Assembly: GCA_002269645.1 (NCBI GenBank)
Contig: NIVC01002983.1
Location: forward strand, 6,687-70,686
Direction: 5' to 3'
DNA from: Macrostomum lignano
Lineage: Eukaryota
DNA: 64,000 nucleotides
Part shown: positions 12,895 through 26,404 of the stretch, one piece after another
Layout of the letters: each line of letters begins with the position of its first letter
Numbering within the stretch: position 1 is the stretch's first letter
Notes under the pieces: model-generated
Told to the model about the DNA's origin: nothing
Database searches by the model: none
The model's input: the letters and a program-made list of their open reading frames with translations, nothing else
Position numbers and translations under genes: made by a program

Positions 12895-13981
12895 ATGGGT
12901 CAGAAGCAGCCACGTTCGGCGGCCGCGGCAGCGGCGGCGGCTGCCAACAGCGGCGGCTTTGAAGGCAACTCGGCCAGGGAGAAACGAGGCGCGTTCCGTT
13001 CGGGGAAGCTGCACTTCTCCATGGGCGACGAGCCGGCCACGTCCCATGTCTACTCTGGCATCGAGGTTGGCGACGGAGGCGGCGGCGGCGGCGGCGGCAG
13101 TCGGCCAATCGGCACGGCAGCTCCCATGCGAGTCCAGAGACCGGGCCTCGAGCGGACCTACTCGCTGGATCATCCCAGCTGCGAGCCGGGCAGAGGCGGC
13201 GGCAACATCGGGGGCAGCGCTGGCGAAGACGACTACTACTATTACCAGCACTATCGGCATCATCAGCAGCAGCTGCAGCCGCCGCCACCGTCGCCGCTTA
13301 GTCAGTCGCCGACGCACGGGCCGCCGCCGACACAGCCGGCGCAGTGCTCGCAACCTCTGCCAGCCTATCCAATTCCAGATCAGCAGCAGCCAGTTCAACC
13401 AGTTCATCCAACTAACCAGCATCCTTATCAGCCCCGGCACCAGTCTCCGCGGCGTCGGCTGCCCTACAAAATGTCTCCGACGCCTAGCGAGCAGGAGTTC
13501 GCCGACATGCACGAGCCGCCATCGCTTGGCATCCAGCAGCAGCAGCAGCCACCCGGCCTCCACCTGCTGTCTCCGCGGACTGGCGCCGCCTCCTCGCGCG
13601 AGTCCTCGCATCTCACCCTGACGCCGCAGTCAACTCCGCCTGGTCCGCCGCTGCGCCGCGCCGTGCTGGTGAAGGCCAACACCATCGACCAGCCGGCGAA
13701 CCGGCAGGCGCAGGCGGACTTTCCACACGACAGCCGACGGAAATTTTCCGACACTCACGTGCTGCGCACGACGCCGCAGCTATTGCCGCCGCCGCCGCCT
13801 CAGCACGCGTCGCCTCAGCCGTACCAACACTACCAGCAGCAACTCCAGCATCAGAAGCAGTCGCAGTATCAGCTGTCCCAGCAGCAGGATCCGTTGAATC
13901 CGGCTGTTTTGGCCCGTCAGAGCCTCGTTGCGGCACTGCTGACAGCCAGCGAACAAACGCCGCCAAAGCCGCGTCGGTCTA

Positions 13982-14017
<36 letters not shown>

Positions 14018-14878
14018 GATCGCCCTCGCCCAAACTGTCGCCGTACAACCTCAGCCCTCGCAGTCTCTCTCCGGCCCACCACCGCGGTCACAGCGGCGGC
14101 GGCGGCGGCGGCGGCGCTCCTTTGTCGCCCTTCGGCGGAAATTCCTCTGTCGGTGGTGGAGGCGCCGGCGGGTTCTGTCTGCCTCGGACCAGCTTGGAGA
14201 CGCTGGGCTCGCTGCCGCGGATCACCATCAGTCCACACGTGCCAGAAGCTGAGGAAGAAAACAAAGGTGATGAAGCTACCACTGAGCAGCAGCTTCAGCC
14301 CTACAGATTGGACGGCGTCCGCAGCGAGCTGGCGAGTCCCGTCGGGCTGCTGTCGGATCCGAGTCACTCCAAGTCCGACACGTCGCTCGTGTCGATGCGT
14401 TTCTCCGTCGGAGAAACGGCGGCCGGCGGGACAGCCGACGGCAACGCGGCGAAATTAACCGGCGCTCCATACGCAACAAGTAGCTCCTCCATGACCCGCT
14501 CCTGGTCCTCCATGGAGGATCTGAGCGGCCATGCATCATCGGCTGTCCGCAGTCAGCCGCACCGACGACCCGTCGATGCCGGGACGATGGCTGGAGAAGC
14601 TTCCAGCTCGGCAGCAACGCTGCTGACAATTCCTCAGGACGTTGCCTCGGCCGCCGCCGCCGCCGCCGCCAGCGCTGCAGCCGAGGGTTCACCCGACAAC
14701 GCCGACAACCTGTACCCGACCTCGCGATCGCGCAGCATCCTCCGAGCTCAGACTGTTGACGACGCCGATTCCGAGTTCGTCAGTCGACGACCGCAGCGCG
14801 CTTCCCTAGTCGATTTTGTCACCTGGCCGCATTTCATCCCGGATACGGTCAACCCGCAGGTCGGGGGCACTTTTCAAG
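12895..14878 (+). CDS. FMN/capu: Cappuccino/FMN formin exon 1 (long disordered N-terminus MGQKQPR..., ends in start of DEP-like domain)
   Basis: GC-rich open frame of about 660 codons. Donor CAAG|GTAGGG at 14879 (phase 1) joins exon 22754 to give TFQGQSLLSWL. Confidence 0.7.
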
Positions 14879-15462
14879 GTAGGGGACTCTTGGCGAGATT
14901 TTTGAAGAACAACAACTCTAAATGATCTTAGAACCGACCTTGATTCGAAATTTCATTTCAATCGACTCAATTTTACTCGCAGTGTGTGTGCTATTACACA
15001 TTTTTTCTTTCCTAATTTCGTCTACCCCCCACCCCCTCCCCCCTATAATGCTTCTCGAGCAGCTCAGCCTGCTTCAACTCTTGAGTGCCAGAGTACCATA
15101 GTGGGGATGATTGCAAGCCTTGGATGAGAGTGTGTGGGGGAGAAGAGGATGAAGGCGTGGGATTGGGAGTTGCAATTCGGGCATTTCTATGGGTTGTGGA
15201 ATGGGCAGAGCAACTGCTCAGTGCGAGCACAGTAAGTATTTTGCGCTGGCAATCTCTCGCTTCTCTCTCTGCCTCTCTCTGGGATCGGCAATCTCTGTGC
15301 AACTCGTTACAGCATGTTTGCACACAAGTTGTTCAGCCCAGTGCCATCGCCTGGGTCTGATCGATCTTCTTGCTGCCTATCGGGCGCGTTGGAGCTGAAG
15401 CAATTTCCCTTAGTAGCAACTGTTTGAGAGCTATAGGGACTGCGGTGTCTGCCTGCCTGTCT

Positions 15463-15962
<500 letters not shown>

Positions 15963-17096
15963 CACCAGAAGAGAAGTAACGCTATGAAGCAGTGTTCCAA
16001 GCTCCTGTCCTGCGCTTCCCCTTCTTTTTTCCCTCCAATCCTTTCCCTTCCAGTTTGCTCAAACTCAAACCAAACCGAAGCTGTCTTCCTACCCAGCCTC
16101 TCTATCACACATTTGCCCTCTTTTTATTTGGCAAGAAGAAACTCATTGCTTTCTTACCCCACCCTCCCTTCTCATCCAAGTCGCGGCAATGTAGCGCAGG
16201 TGGCAGCTGTGTTGGAGAACTGGCGCCCCAGCCGTACAACTCTCCCCCCGCAGGAAAAAAAGATGAAGGAAGAAATCCTTTTAGAGGAAGTTTCAGAAGC
16301 AAACAGATAGCTGAGGCGACGCGAGACAGGACGCGGAGCTGGGGAGAGTCAAAGTTGCGGAAAACACAAGACAAATTTGCTCCAAAAGGAATGAAGAAAT
16401 TGGGAAAATGAAACAGGAGAGGAGAAGACGGGAGAGCGACGGGGCCAGGCGTTCCCCGCCCCAAGCCAGTTGCACCTGGGAGGAGAGACACGCGACTACA
16501 GTATATTCTCACACTACAGGTAGCTTTCAAATGCACTTTTCTGTCGGATACAAGTACAGCACTGCCATCGCTGGCTGCTTTCTTGAGCGAAATTTTCACT
16601 GACACAACTTCAGGTTAAGTACAATTGGTCCTGGTTAGTAAGTCAGTACGTTACGTGGCGAGTAAATGAAAAAAAACATGGATAAACATGATAAACAGGA
16701 TGACCTTCAAAAGTTGTGACCTTGGCTTGACACAGCAAAACACACGCTAATGCTTCCTGACTACAACTTGATGTACTTACTCATACTTGGATTTGAACTG
16801 CAAATATTTATATAATTCTGTTGTTTCGAAATCAAAATTAAAATTGTTGATGCTATATATACGTTTACGTGATGATATTATAATCGTAAAAGTTAAGATT
16901 AGGCTCAGACTGTGGGAAAAAGACACTTTTCCCAAATTAGGCAGATTAATCGTTAGGAATTTAAAATAGACAAAAATTGTAAGAAAAAGTTTCTGATAAA
17001 AGAATTACAAATTTTTAAATAATGATTTAGTAGTTTTTGAGGAGACGCGAAAAATATACGATGACGTCATCTTTGCTTCGGATTTAGTATATTAGA

Positions 17097-19475
17097 CTAG
17101 CAATTTAAGCCCCCCGTTGGGGACGCAAGAATGACGCCAAGTGGTTTTTATTTTGGCCTATGAGTAACAACCTTACTAATTATTCAAAATCCATTAATCA
17201 GAACTTACTTTTTCTCATTTTTGGCAAAAATAAATTGCCATGAATCAAAACCTTCAGCAAATAGTACTTATCCTTTCAAGCACAAACTCTTAGGGCATAT
17301 CGTCATTGGCCTGGGCGTATTCTGGTCCGCAGCAGGAGCTCAATATGCCATAAGCCTTGATGACATCTCAATAATTTCCCCAGTAAGCCTTGACATCTCA
17401 GCGATTCCTCCCAGTAAGCCTTGACAATTCAGCAATTCCCCCCAGTAAACCTTGACAATTCAGCGATTCCTCCCAGTAAGCCTTGACATCTCAGCAATTC
17501 CCCCCAGTAAGCCTTGAAACCTCAGTAATTCCCCAGTAAGTCTCGAATTTCAGTAATTCTTCCAGTAAGTCTTGAAGTCTAAGCAATTCCCCCAGTAAGC
17601 CTTGACAACTCAGCAATTCCCCCCAGTAAGCCTTGAAATCTCAGTAATTCCTCCAGTAAGTCTTGACTTCTCACAATTCCCCCAGTAGGCCTTGACAACT
17701 CAGCAATTCCCCCAAGTAAGCCTTCACATCTCAGCAATTCCCCCAGTAAGCCTTGACAACTCAGCAATTCCGCCAGTAAACCTTGAAATCTCAGAAATTC
17801 CCCCAGTAAGCCTTGAAGTCTCAGCAATTCCCCCAAGTAAGCCTTGACAACTCAGCAATTCCCCCAAGTAAGCCTTCACATCTCAGCAATTCCCCCAGTA
17901 AGCCTTGACAACTCAGCAATTCCCCCAGTAAACCTTGAAATCTCAGAAATTCCCCCAGTAAGCCTTGAAGTCTCAGCAATTCCCCAGTAAGCCTTGACTT
18001 CTCACAATTCCCCCAGTAGGCCTTGATGACATCTCAGCAATTTCCCCAGTAAGCCTTGACATCGCAGCAACGCGAAGTCGAGCCTTGGCATCTACGCAAT
18101 TCTCCCAGCCCAGTAAGCCTTGATATCGCAGAAATCCCCCCAGTAAGCCTCGACATCGCAGCAATTACCCCATTAAGCCTTGAAATCGCAGAAATCACCC
18201 CGTAAGCCTTGACATTGCAGCAATTAAACTCGAGCCTTGGCATCTACGCAATTCTCCCAGTCCAGTAAGCCTCGAGATCGCAGCAATTACCCCAGTAAGC
18301 CTTGACATCTCAGCAATTCCCCCAGTTAGCCTTGAAATCTCAGCAATTCCCCCAGTAAGCCTCGAGATCGCAGCAATTACCCCAGTAAGCCTTGAAATCT
18401 CAACAATTCCCCCAGAAAGCCAGATAAATTTGCTGCTTCAATGCAGACTCGAACTGCCGACCAGCTGCTTAGCCTATGCCTGTTATTGCTTGTCTACAGT
18501 AATTCAGTCATTCTTGGAATTAGCTATCCCTTCTAATCCCGCAAAAACAGACTGCAGTCATACTATTAACAGCCTGCAGTTATCCACTTTGCCGTCTACA
18601 GCTTTCATTAACATCAGCAAACTACAATAATTCACTCAGCAGTCTGCAGTTATCCCCTCAACAACTTGCACTTAATCATTCACAGTTATTATCCACTTAA
18701 ACTCTGTAGATAGTTATCCCATCGGCAGTTTGCAGCTATACACTCATAAGTCTGGAGGAACTACCTCAGCAGTTTTTCGTTTTTCAACTTTGCAGTCTAA
18801 ATGAATGATCCCTTCGACAATCTGCAGTTCTCCTCAGCAATCTGCGGTCATTCCATTTGCAGTCTACAACAATTCTCATTTATCCCCTCAGCAGTCTGCA
18901 GTTTTCCTCTTTGCTGGCCCCTCAGTGTCCTCAGGAAGCTGCAGTGATGCTTTCAATAATTGTACGGCTCATTATATAATCAATTTTCGATAGATATTGG
19001 CAGTCTTTTGCACATCAATGCAACGAAGATTTTGCATCGTCTGCATTTTTGCGATTAGTCCAGGCACAAGCTACAAATAAATGAAAACTAATTTAATATA
19101 TTTTTATCTCCCTCGTGCATACTCTGAAGCTTGCAAATATATTTTTATCTCCCTCGTGCATACTCTGAAGCTTGCAAATATTTAATTATTTATAGCTCGT
19201 AGCATCAGCTCAAGAAATTAAATTTTAGTCTATGGCCATAGACGTATTATTATTTTTCGATCTCTCACTGCGAGAAAAATACACTAATTAGATAGGGAAA
19301 ATGCAGTTTTTTGAATATTTAAGACCTTTAGAATTGAAGCAGATAAAAGAAATGTTAACCATACAATCCTTGGTTGAGTTGCAACTTTTTGGTGAAAACG
19401 CGATCGAAATTGGTCAAGAATTGCAGTCTGTAGAGCGTTTTACACGGACATAGATTAGAGATTTAGTATATAAGA
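17097..19475 (-). mobile_element. Helitron-like non-autonomous element carrying minisatellites
   Basis: Minus strand starts TCTTATATACTAAA at 19475 and ends with a CCCC-AAC-GGGG hairpin, ~10 nt spacer and CTAG at 17097-17100. Confidence 0.55.
17375..18420. repeat. ~30-bp minisatellite (CAGTAAGCCTTGACATCTCAGCAATTCCCC)n
   Basis: Direct. Followed by degenerate CAGCAGTCTGCAGTTATCC repeats to ~19000. Confidence 0.92.
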
Positions 19476-21924
19476 CTAGCCATGTAGCCCACTTCGGGGG
19501 GAAGCTTAAACATAACTTCCGTTTCCCGTTGAACATTTCCCTTGAAGCTTCTCAATCTAACTGCTTCACAATCCCATTTTTGGCCATAGACAATAAAAAG
19601 CAAGTCTTCAGTAGCTTGACTATGCTAGCCAGCTAAGGATTGAATAGCTTGCTCCTAGGCTGAATTGGCTTGGAAAGTGCTATACTATCAGTGCGCTCCT
19701 AACTAAGTAAGGCTTTTAATTAAAGACAACCCTAAATACAAACTTTCATGCTTTTTCTAGAAGTTGTAATCGAAAAAAAGATTTGTTTAATAATACACAT
19801 TGTTTCCTCTTTGTCGCAGAGCGTTTCTCCAGAATTTTATCGAACACACGCAAAGAGCAATATGTGTACTGGAGGCTCAGAATGTGCAGCAGATATTGTC
19901 AATACGTAAAAACTGAATAATGAGCTCTGCTAAGCTTCCGTTTTTTGGATATTTCCCCTATACCTAGATGCATGTGATGTAGCTCGCATTAGGGCAAGTG
20001 CTTAATAAGCCATCTAGTGCTCCTATTATGGACGGTCGCAGAAAGCTTGCCTAGCTCAGCTAAAAAAACTAGCATTGCCATGTCAGCTCACTCTACTGGG
20101 CTGTCCAGCTCTACCCAGAACGGTAGCGGGGGCAGGGCTGTTCCCAGGCCAGACTGTACGCGCATTTATTAAATCCTCTGAAGCCTCCCTACAACCCGCG
20201 GCCTCAGCTCTCGATTTATCCTAAGCCTAGGGAACTGGGATTTGGCATTTAGTGCGTCGCGCAAGGCAAGACGAGGGTAAGGGATAGAAGTCTGCTAATG
20301 AGACTTGGGAGCTGGCAGAGGTAGGTAGGGGCTAGCCTGACCAATCTAATTCTTTTCTACTTAACTGCCAACTCATACTTAATATCTGCTTGAAAGCAGT
20401 TCAAAGCTATCCTATTCTTCAGTGTTCTCTTTCTGAGTTTTATAAAAATTCCAAATTTAGCTACTATGCTTATGCTGCGATCAGAGATATTGATCAACCG
20501 AGATACGGTCAAGGGCCGCTTAGAATAAGTGTATCGTAATTTTTACAAGGCTCACATGCAAAGATATAATATACTCGTAATATATAACTGTGACTGTCGC
20601 GACTTTCTTAGTCATTTCTTCAGTTCATCTGTACTTGTTGTGGCGGCCAGACTGTACGCGACTGGCAGCACCAGTGCAGCCGCACTGGAAACGCCCCCAA
20701 ACCTCTGTCTAGCTGAGGTGGGGTGGGTGCGCGCCATGCTAGCCGGCTCGCTAAGCCGGGGGGGGGGTCGGCGTAGCCTATCACGCCACGCCACCTTTTC
20801 GCACCTCCCTAGGCCCCTCAATCTCGCGCAGTCTGTGTACATATAAATATACATGAAATGCAGCACAAAAACTCTTCGCTGCCATTCCATCTATTGAAAC
20901 AAAAAGGCCTTCCGCCTCATTGTCCTATTTGCTCTGTTTTTCTCTCCCTCTCTGTCCAGTTCAGTCTTGTTATTCTCTCTCTCTCCCTCGCTGCCTTCTG
21001 ATTGGCTCTTCAGTCTCGTTATTCTTATCTCTCTCCCCTTCAGCCTCGTTATTCTTATCTCTCTCTCCCTCGCTGACTTCTGATTGGCTCTTTAATCTCG
21101 CATCTTTCCTTTGTCGCGCACTCCACTCATTTGCACTCAACCCCCACCCCATTAATCTAGTTAGCTCGTAATGACTTATACTCGTAAATACACTCAAATG
21201 GGCCCTGCGCCCAACCAACTTTGGATTTTCATATCATTAGATAGTTTCTCTTATTTTTATCTACGTACATGGCGCCCGAACAAAAATGCCTACATAAATG
21301 TAGATTTAGAATTTCAACGGTACCTCTACGGAGTACCTCTGCAGTAACTATTGACGCTTGTAAGAGGAAGGATTTACACTGGCGCGCTCTCTGATATATG
21401 CATGGTCGCTTTTGTTTTTTTATTCCTTGGTTTCTTCGGCCTTTAGCGATCAGCGAGAGAGCGATGAGAGTAGAGACAGATGAGGTAAATGGAGACTGGT
21501 CCACACTGTCGGATGGTGCAGCTGGTGCATACACAACAGACTGCAAGCTCGATAAATTATGCATTTTATTCTCTCGTCTCTCCCCTCCCTTTCTCTATAC
21601 CCCTCTCAGTTCGTTCAGTTATAATTCCGCACTAGAGTTGCCTATGGGCCGCGATCTCGCCTATATGTGCAGCATAATCCCAAGGCCTTAATCCTCGGGC
21701 TTCCGGGAGCACACGGCGTTGAGTGGGAAGATTCCACTACCGGGCTATGGCTAACCGACGATGTCATGTGAACTCTACCTTGTAGTTATTTGTAGAGAGA
21801 GAAAGTTTTCTTTGTAGCTCAGCAGATGTTAAAGGATATTAGAGGTTAAGGGATTATGGACTTAGTAATCCCTTATGCTTATGGAGTCGAAGTGTATACA
21901 GTGGTGTCAATGGAAGTAGGATCT

Positions 21925-22590
21925 AGGGTCTAGAAGTAGCTGAAATTGTCTAGAAGTAGCCAATAGGGTCTAGAAGTAGCCAATAGGGTCTAGAAGTATA
22001 GCCAATAGGGTCTAGAAGTAGCCAATATGGTCTAGAAGTAGCCAATAGGGTCTAGAAGTAGCCAATAGGGTCTAGAAGTAGTCAATAGGGTCTAGAAGTA
22101 GCCAATAGGGTTTAGAAGTAGCCAATAGGGTCTAGAAGTAGCCAATAGGGTAATAGGGTCTAGAAGTAGCCAATAGGGTCTAGAAGTAGCTAATAGGGTC
22201 TAGAAGTAGCCAATAGGGTCTAGAAGTAGCCAATAGGGTCTAGAAGTAGCCAATAGGGTCTAGAAGTAGCCAATAGGGTAATAGGGTCTAGAAGTAGCCA
22301 ATAGGGTAATAGGGTCTAGAAGTAGCCAATAGGGTCTAGAAGTAGCCAATAGGGTCTAGAAGTAGCCAATAGGGTCTAGAAGTAGCCAATAGGGTCTAGA
22401 AGTAGCCAATAGGGTCTAGAAGTAGCCAATAGGGTCTAGAAGTAGCCAATAGGGTCTAGAAGTATAGCCAATAGGGTAATAGGGTCTAGAAGTAGCCAAT
22501 AGGGTCTAGAAGTAGCCAATAGGGTAATAGGGTCTAGAAGTAGCCAATAGGGTCTAGAAGTATAGCCAATAGGGTCTAGAAGTAGCCAAA
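21925..22590. repeat. 20-bp minisatellite (TAGAAGTAGCCAATAGGGTC)n
   Basis: Direct. Confidence 0.95.
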
Positions 22591-22753
22591 ATGATCTATA
22601 AGTACGCTCGTAGGCGTTAAGTTACCAAATCTTGGATTCGAGGTTTAGGATAGCGCATTGGGAGATCTCTTATCGAGACAGATGCAGCTGTGCAGATCAG
22701 CCTATTTGATGCAGATGTTTTATAACCCTATTAATTATCCCCATGCATTGCAG

Positions 22754-22911
22754 GACAGAGTCTGCTGTCTTGGTTAACAAGTTCGGCACATTTTCTCAAC
22801 GTAAAGGCGCGCGGCGAACTGTACCTGTTCGTCAATCAGGTTTGCACCTGCCTGCTGGCTCTGGGCGTCATTCGTCAGGTGCAAAGCGATGCGCCAAACT
22901 CAGTGTTTAGG
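22754..22911 (+). CDS. FMN/capu: Formin exon 2 (DEP-like core), absent from the ORF track
   Basis: ttgcag|GA CAG AGT... encodes QSLLSWLTSSAHFLNVKARGELYLFVNQVCTCLLALGVIRQVQSDAPNSVFR, then |GTGAGA. Phase 1 in, phase 0 out. Confidence 0.75.
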
Positions 22912-23024
22912 GTGAGAATTTAATAATAATTATGAGTTTAATCAGCCACAAATTCAGTACGTTGAATGTCATTTTAATTTTAAAGCCATCAGTTAACCCA
23001 TGCAGATAACTAGATTTTTACTTA

Positions 23025-23570
23025 AACACTAGCGATTCAATTTAAACACTAGCGATTCAATTTAAACACTAGCGATTCAATTTAAACACTAGCGATTCAA
23101 TTTAAACACTAGCGATTCAATTTAAACACTAGCGATTCAATTTAAACACTAGCGATTCAATTTAAACACTAGCGATTCAATTAAAACACTAGCGATTCAA
23201 TTTAAACACTAGCGATTCAACTTAAACACTAGCGATTCAATTAAAACACTATAGCGATTCAACTTAAACACTAGCGATTCAATTTAAACACTAGCGATTC
23301 AACTTAAACACTAGCGATTCAATTAAAACACTATAGCGATTCAACTTAAACACTAGCGATTCAATTTAAACACTAGCGATTCAATTTAAACACTAGCGAT
23401 TCAACTTAAACACTAGCGATTCAATTTAAACACTAGCGATTCAATTAAAACACTAGCGATTCAATTTAAACACTAGCAATTCAATTTAAACACTAACTAT
23501 TCAACTTAAACACCAGCGATTCGATTTAAACACCAGCGATTCAATTTTAACACCGGAAATTGAATTTAAA
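23025..23570. repeat. 20-bp minisatellite (TTTAAACACTAGCGATTCAA)n
   Basis: Direct. Confidence 0.95.
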
Positions 23571-23990
23571 CACTTCTATATTTAATAAAACTATTTGGAT
23601 ATGCCAAAATATCAAACCAAAAACAACAAACAAGTACAAAATATGTTCGAATGATTCAACTGCCTAAATTGGAAAGCAATTTTGCTTTTGCGTAAGCAGC
23701 ATTATTTCTGCACTGCGATATCAAATGCAGCAGTGAATTTATTTGAATTAACAAAAGTTATTAATAGACAAATCTGGTAGTTTATGTACAAGAGACCTTT
23801 ATAGAATTTAATAAATCATAGCATTTTGCTATTATTGTCCGCTATTGTCAAGTAAAATCATGCAGCTGGCAGCTGTTCATACCAGTAGCCATTGACAATG
23901 AACTGCAGCCTGTCCCAATGCCCCGAATTCTGCCTTTCCGACCGAATCTCCATCACTGTGCTGTATCCCGAATCGCCTTCGACGTTGCAG

Positions 23991-24716
23991 CCGCACGAGT
24001 TCTACGAATGGTGCGGCCAGCAGGCTCCTCCGCCAGCAACGCAGCCGACGTCTCAGCAGCAGCAGCAGCACAACTTGTCGCCTTCAAGGCGTCAGCAACG
24101 ACAGCTTCAACAGCAACCGACAGTTGGCGAGTCCGCGGAAGACGCTGTCTCTGCCGCCCTCGCCCAGGCGAAGCGAGACTTTGACGACAGAATCCACCGG
24201 CTGCAGCTGGAGCACAAGGAGGAGCTGGAGCGGCAACGGCAAGACGCTGATTTAAGAATCTTCCAAGCTAAAAATGAAAGCGTCATGAAGGTCTGCAGTC
24301 TGCGCGACAAAATCGAACAGCTCGAGCAGCGGGTTGAGAAGTATCGGATTCTCGCTGGAATCGAGGGCTTGCTCAGCGGTCAGGATGTTGCTGCGGTGGC
24401 GACGGCTTCCGCTGCCGCTGAAAAAAGCGGCTCTAGCAAGACTTTACCGACCGCTGCTGCTCAGGGCCCAGCGATTGGCTCTGATTCCGCTTCCGCAGCT
24501 GATGGTACCGCAGCTCCTCCAGTCGCGCCAGCCAGCTTTGACAAGTCGGTGGACACCAGCGATATTCAGCAGGTGCTGGGCGAACTCAGCAGCAGCAGTC
24601 CCGAGTCGCGCAGCCCGTTGGCAAGCGCCTCCGACTGCGCACCGATGACGGTCGACGCTTCAGCGCAGACGGACGTCTCCGGATTCGCGGCACCGCCTCC
24701 GCCGCCTCCGCCGCCG

Positions 24717-24751
<35 letters not shown>

Positions 24752-25381
24752 CCCTCCACCACCACCGCCCCCGCCGCCTCCGCCACCGCGACCAAGCAGC
24801 CTCAGTGGCGGCGCCGCCAAGTCTGCCAGCAACCAGCAGCAGCCGGGCTCCCAGGTGAGCGTCAAGGAGCAGATCATGCACTGGCAGGAGCAGTCAGTGG
24901 AGCCGCATCGCCGGGCCTGTCTCAACCTCAAGACGCTCTACTGGTCGCCGATCTACTTGAACCGGCTGCCGCCTGGCAAAGCCGGAGTCTGGGAGTCTGT
25001 CGACAGGATGGCGCTGCCAAACTCGCGCGATCTTGAGCGCCTGTTCGCCAGGCCGAGTGGCGAGTTGAGCAAGGCGGGTCGAGCCGCCAGCGCGGCCGGC
25101 AACTTGGACAGCCCGCTGAGTGCAAGCGCCGAGGGGAAGCCGTCCGGCTCTCCCGCCAAGCTGTTGAACTCGAAACGGGCTCAGAATTTAGGCATTTTTA
25201 TTGCTGCAACCCAGATAGACAAGGACGCTCTGTACAGCTGTTTGGTGGCCTTTGAACCTGGCTGCATCTCCGTGGAGCAGCTCAAACAGCTGCGCGATCT
25301 CACGCCAAGTCAGGAGGAGATGGCTCAGATTAAAGAGTTCGTGGCCTCAAATCCTGGAGCAGTTTTGGATCGGCCTGAGCG
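23991..25381 (+). CDS. FMN/capu: Formin exon 3 (DEP end, coiled coil, FH1 poly-Pro, FH2 N-part)
   Basis: ttgcag|PHEFYEW...; coiled coil AKRDFDDRIHRLQLEHKEELE; run of over 30 Pro near 24690-24790; LKTLYWSPI...LERLF and KLLNSKRAQNLGIFI FH2 motifs; donor CG|GTGAGT. Confidence 0.93.
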
Positions 25382-25464
25382 GTGAGTCTGTGCAGGTTGA
25401 CTGCATCAAATTACTGCTGGTAGATAACCCAACTCTCACCAAGCTCTGTGTAATCGGTGAGCAT

Positions 25465-26135
25465 GTCTCTCTCACCCAGCTCTGTGCATTCGGTGAGCAT
25501 GTACTCTCACCCAGCCCTGTCATTTAGTGAGCATCTACTCTCACCTAGCCCTGTCCTTTAGTGAGCATCTACTCTCACCTAGATCTGTCCTTTAGTGAGC
25601 ATCTACTCTCACCTAGATCTGTCCTTTAGTGAGCATCTACTCTCACCTAGATCTGTCCTTTAGTGAGCATCTACTCTCACCTAGATCTGTCCTTCAGTGA
25701 GCATCTACTCTCACCTAGCCCTGTCCTTTAGTGAGCATCTACTCTCACCTAGATCTGTCCTTTAGTGAGCATCTACTCTCACCTAGCCCTGTCTTTTAGT
25801 GAGCATCTACTCTCACCTAGATCTGTCCTTTAGTAAGCATCTACTCTCACCTAGATCTGTCCTTTAGTGAGCATCTACTCTCACCTAGATCTGTCCTTTA
25901 GTGAGCATCTACTCTCACCTAGATCTGTCCTTCAGTGAGCATCTACTCTCACCTAGATCTGTCCTTTAGTGAGCATCTACTCTCACCTAGATCTGTCTTT
26001 TAGTGAGCATCTACTCTCACCTAGATCTGTCCTTTAGTGAGCATCTACTCTCACCTAGATCTGTCCTTTAGTGAGCATCTACTCTCACCTAGATCTGTCC
26101 TTTAGTGAGCATTTACTCTTACCTATATCTGTAAC
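25465..26135. repeat. 34-bp minisatellite (GTGAGCATCTACTCTCACCTAGATCTGTCCTTTA)n
   Basis: Direct, formin intron 3. Confidence 0.95.
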
Positions 26136-26184
26136 TTTGGTGAGAGTCTCAGCTACTCTCAGCCTTTTAAATGATAGATTATAT

Positions 26185-26280
26185 TAGATTAGATTAGATT
26201 AGATTAGATTGGATTAGATTAGATTAGATTAGATTAGATTAGATTAGATTAGATTCGATTAGATTCGATTAGAATAGATT
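26185..26280. repeat. (ATTAG)n pentamer
   Basis: Direct. Confidence 0.9.
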
Positions 26281-26404
26281 GGATAAAATTGGATATGTCA
26301 GACTACTTAAGCTACTGCATTACGCTGTGAGTAGTCAGCATCGACATAGCTGCAGTAACCAACAGTTGTCAACTTAGACACACACGCAATGCCCCTCGGC
26401 ACAG

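Noticed and set aside
12650-14692. Overlapping alternative-frame and antisense ORFs over formin exon 1 (and similarly over other GC-rich exons)
   Set aside because: Expected shadows of GC-rich, trinucleotide-repeat-rich coding DNA.
14860-14925. Donor at 14860, or a single-exon gene ending at 14925
   Set aside because: Only the 14879 donor (phase 1) gives the FQGQSLLSWL junction with exon 22754.
16408-16519. Alternative formin first exon (MKQERRRR...TTG|GTAGCT, phase 1)
   Set aside because: Phase-compatible with exon 2, but the donor is weak and the peptide shows no conservation cue. Not supportable without RNA data.
23889-23990. Earlier start or acceptor for formin exon 3 (TTG 23892, AG 23888)
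   Set aside because: The acceptor at 23990 restores the DEP-like FRPHEFYEW ending, whereas the upstream reading does not.
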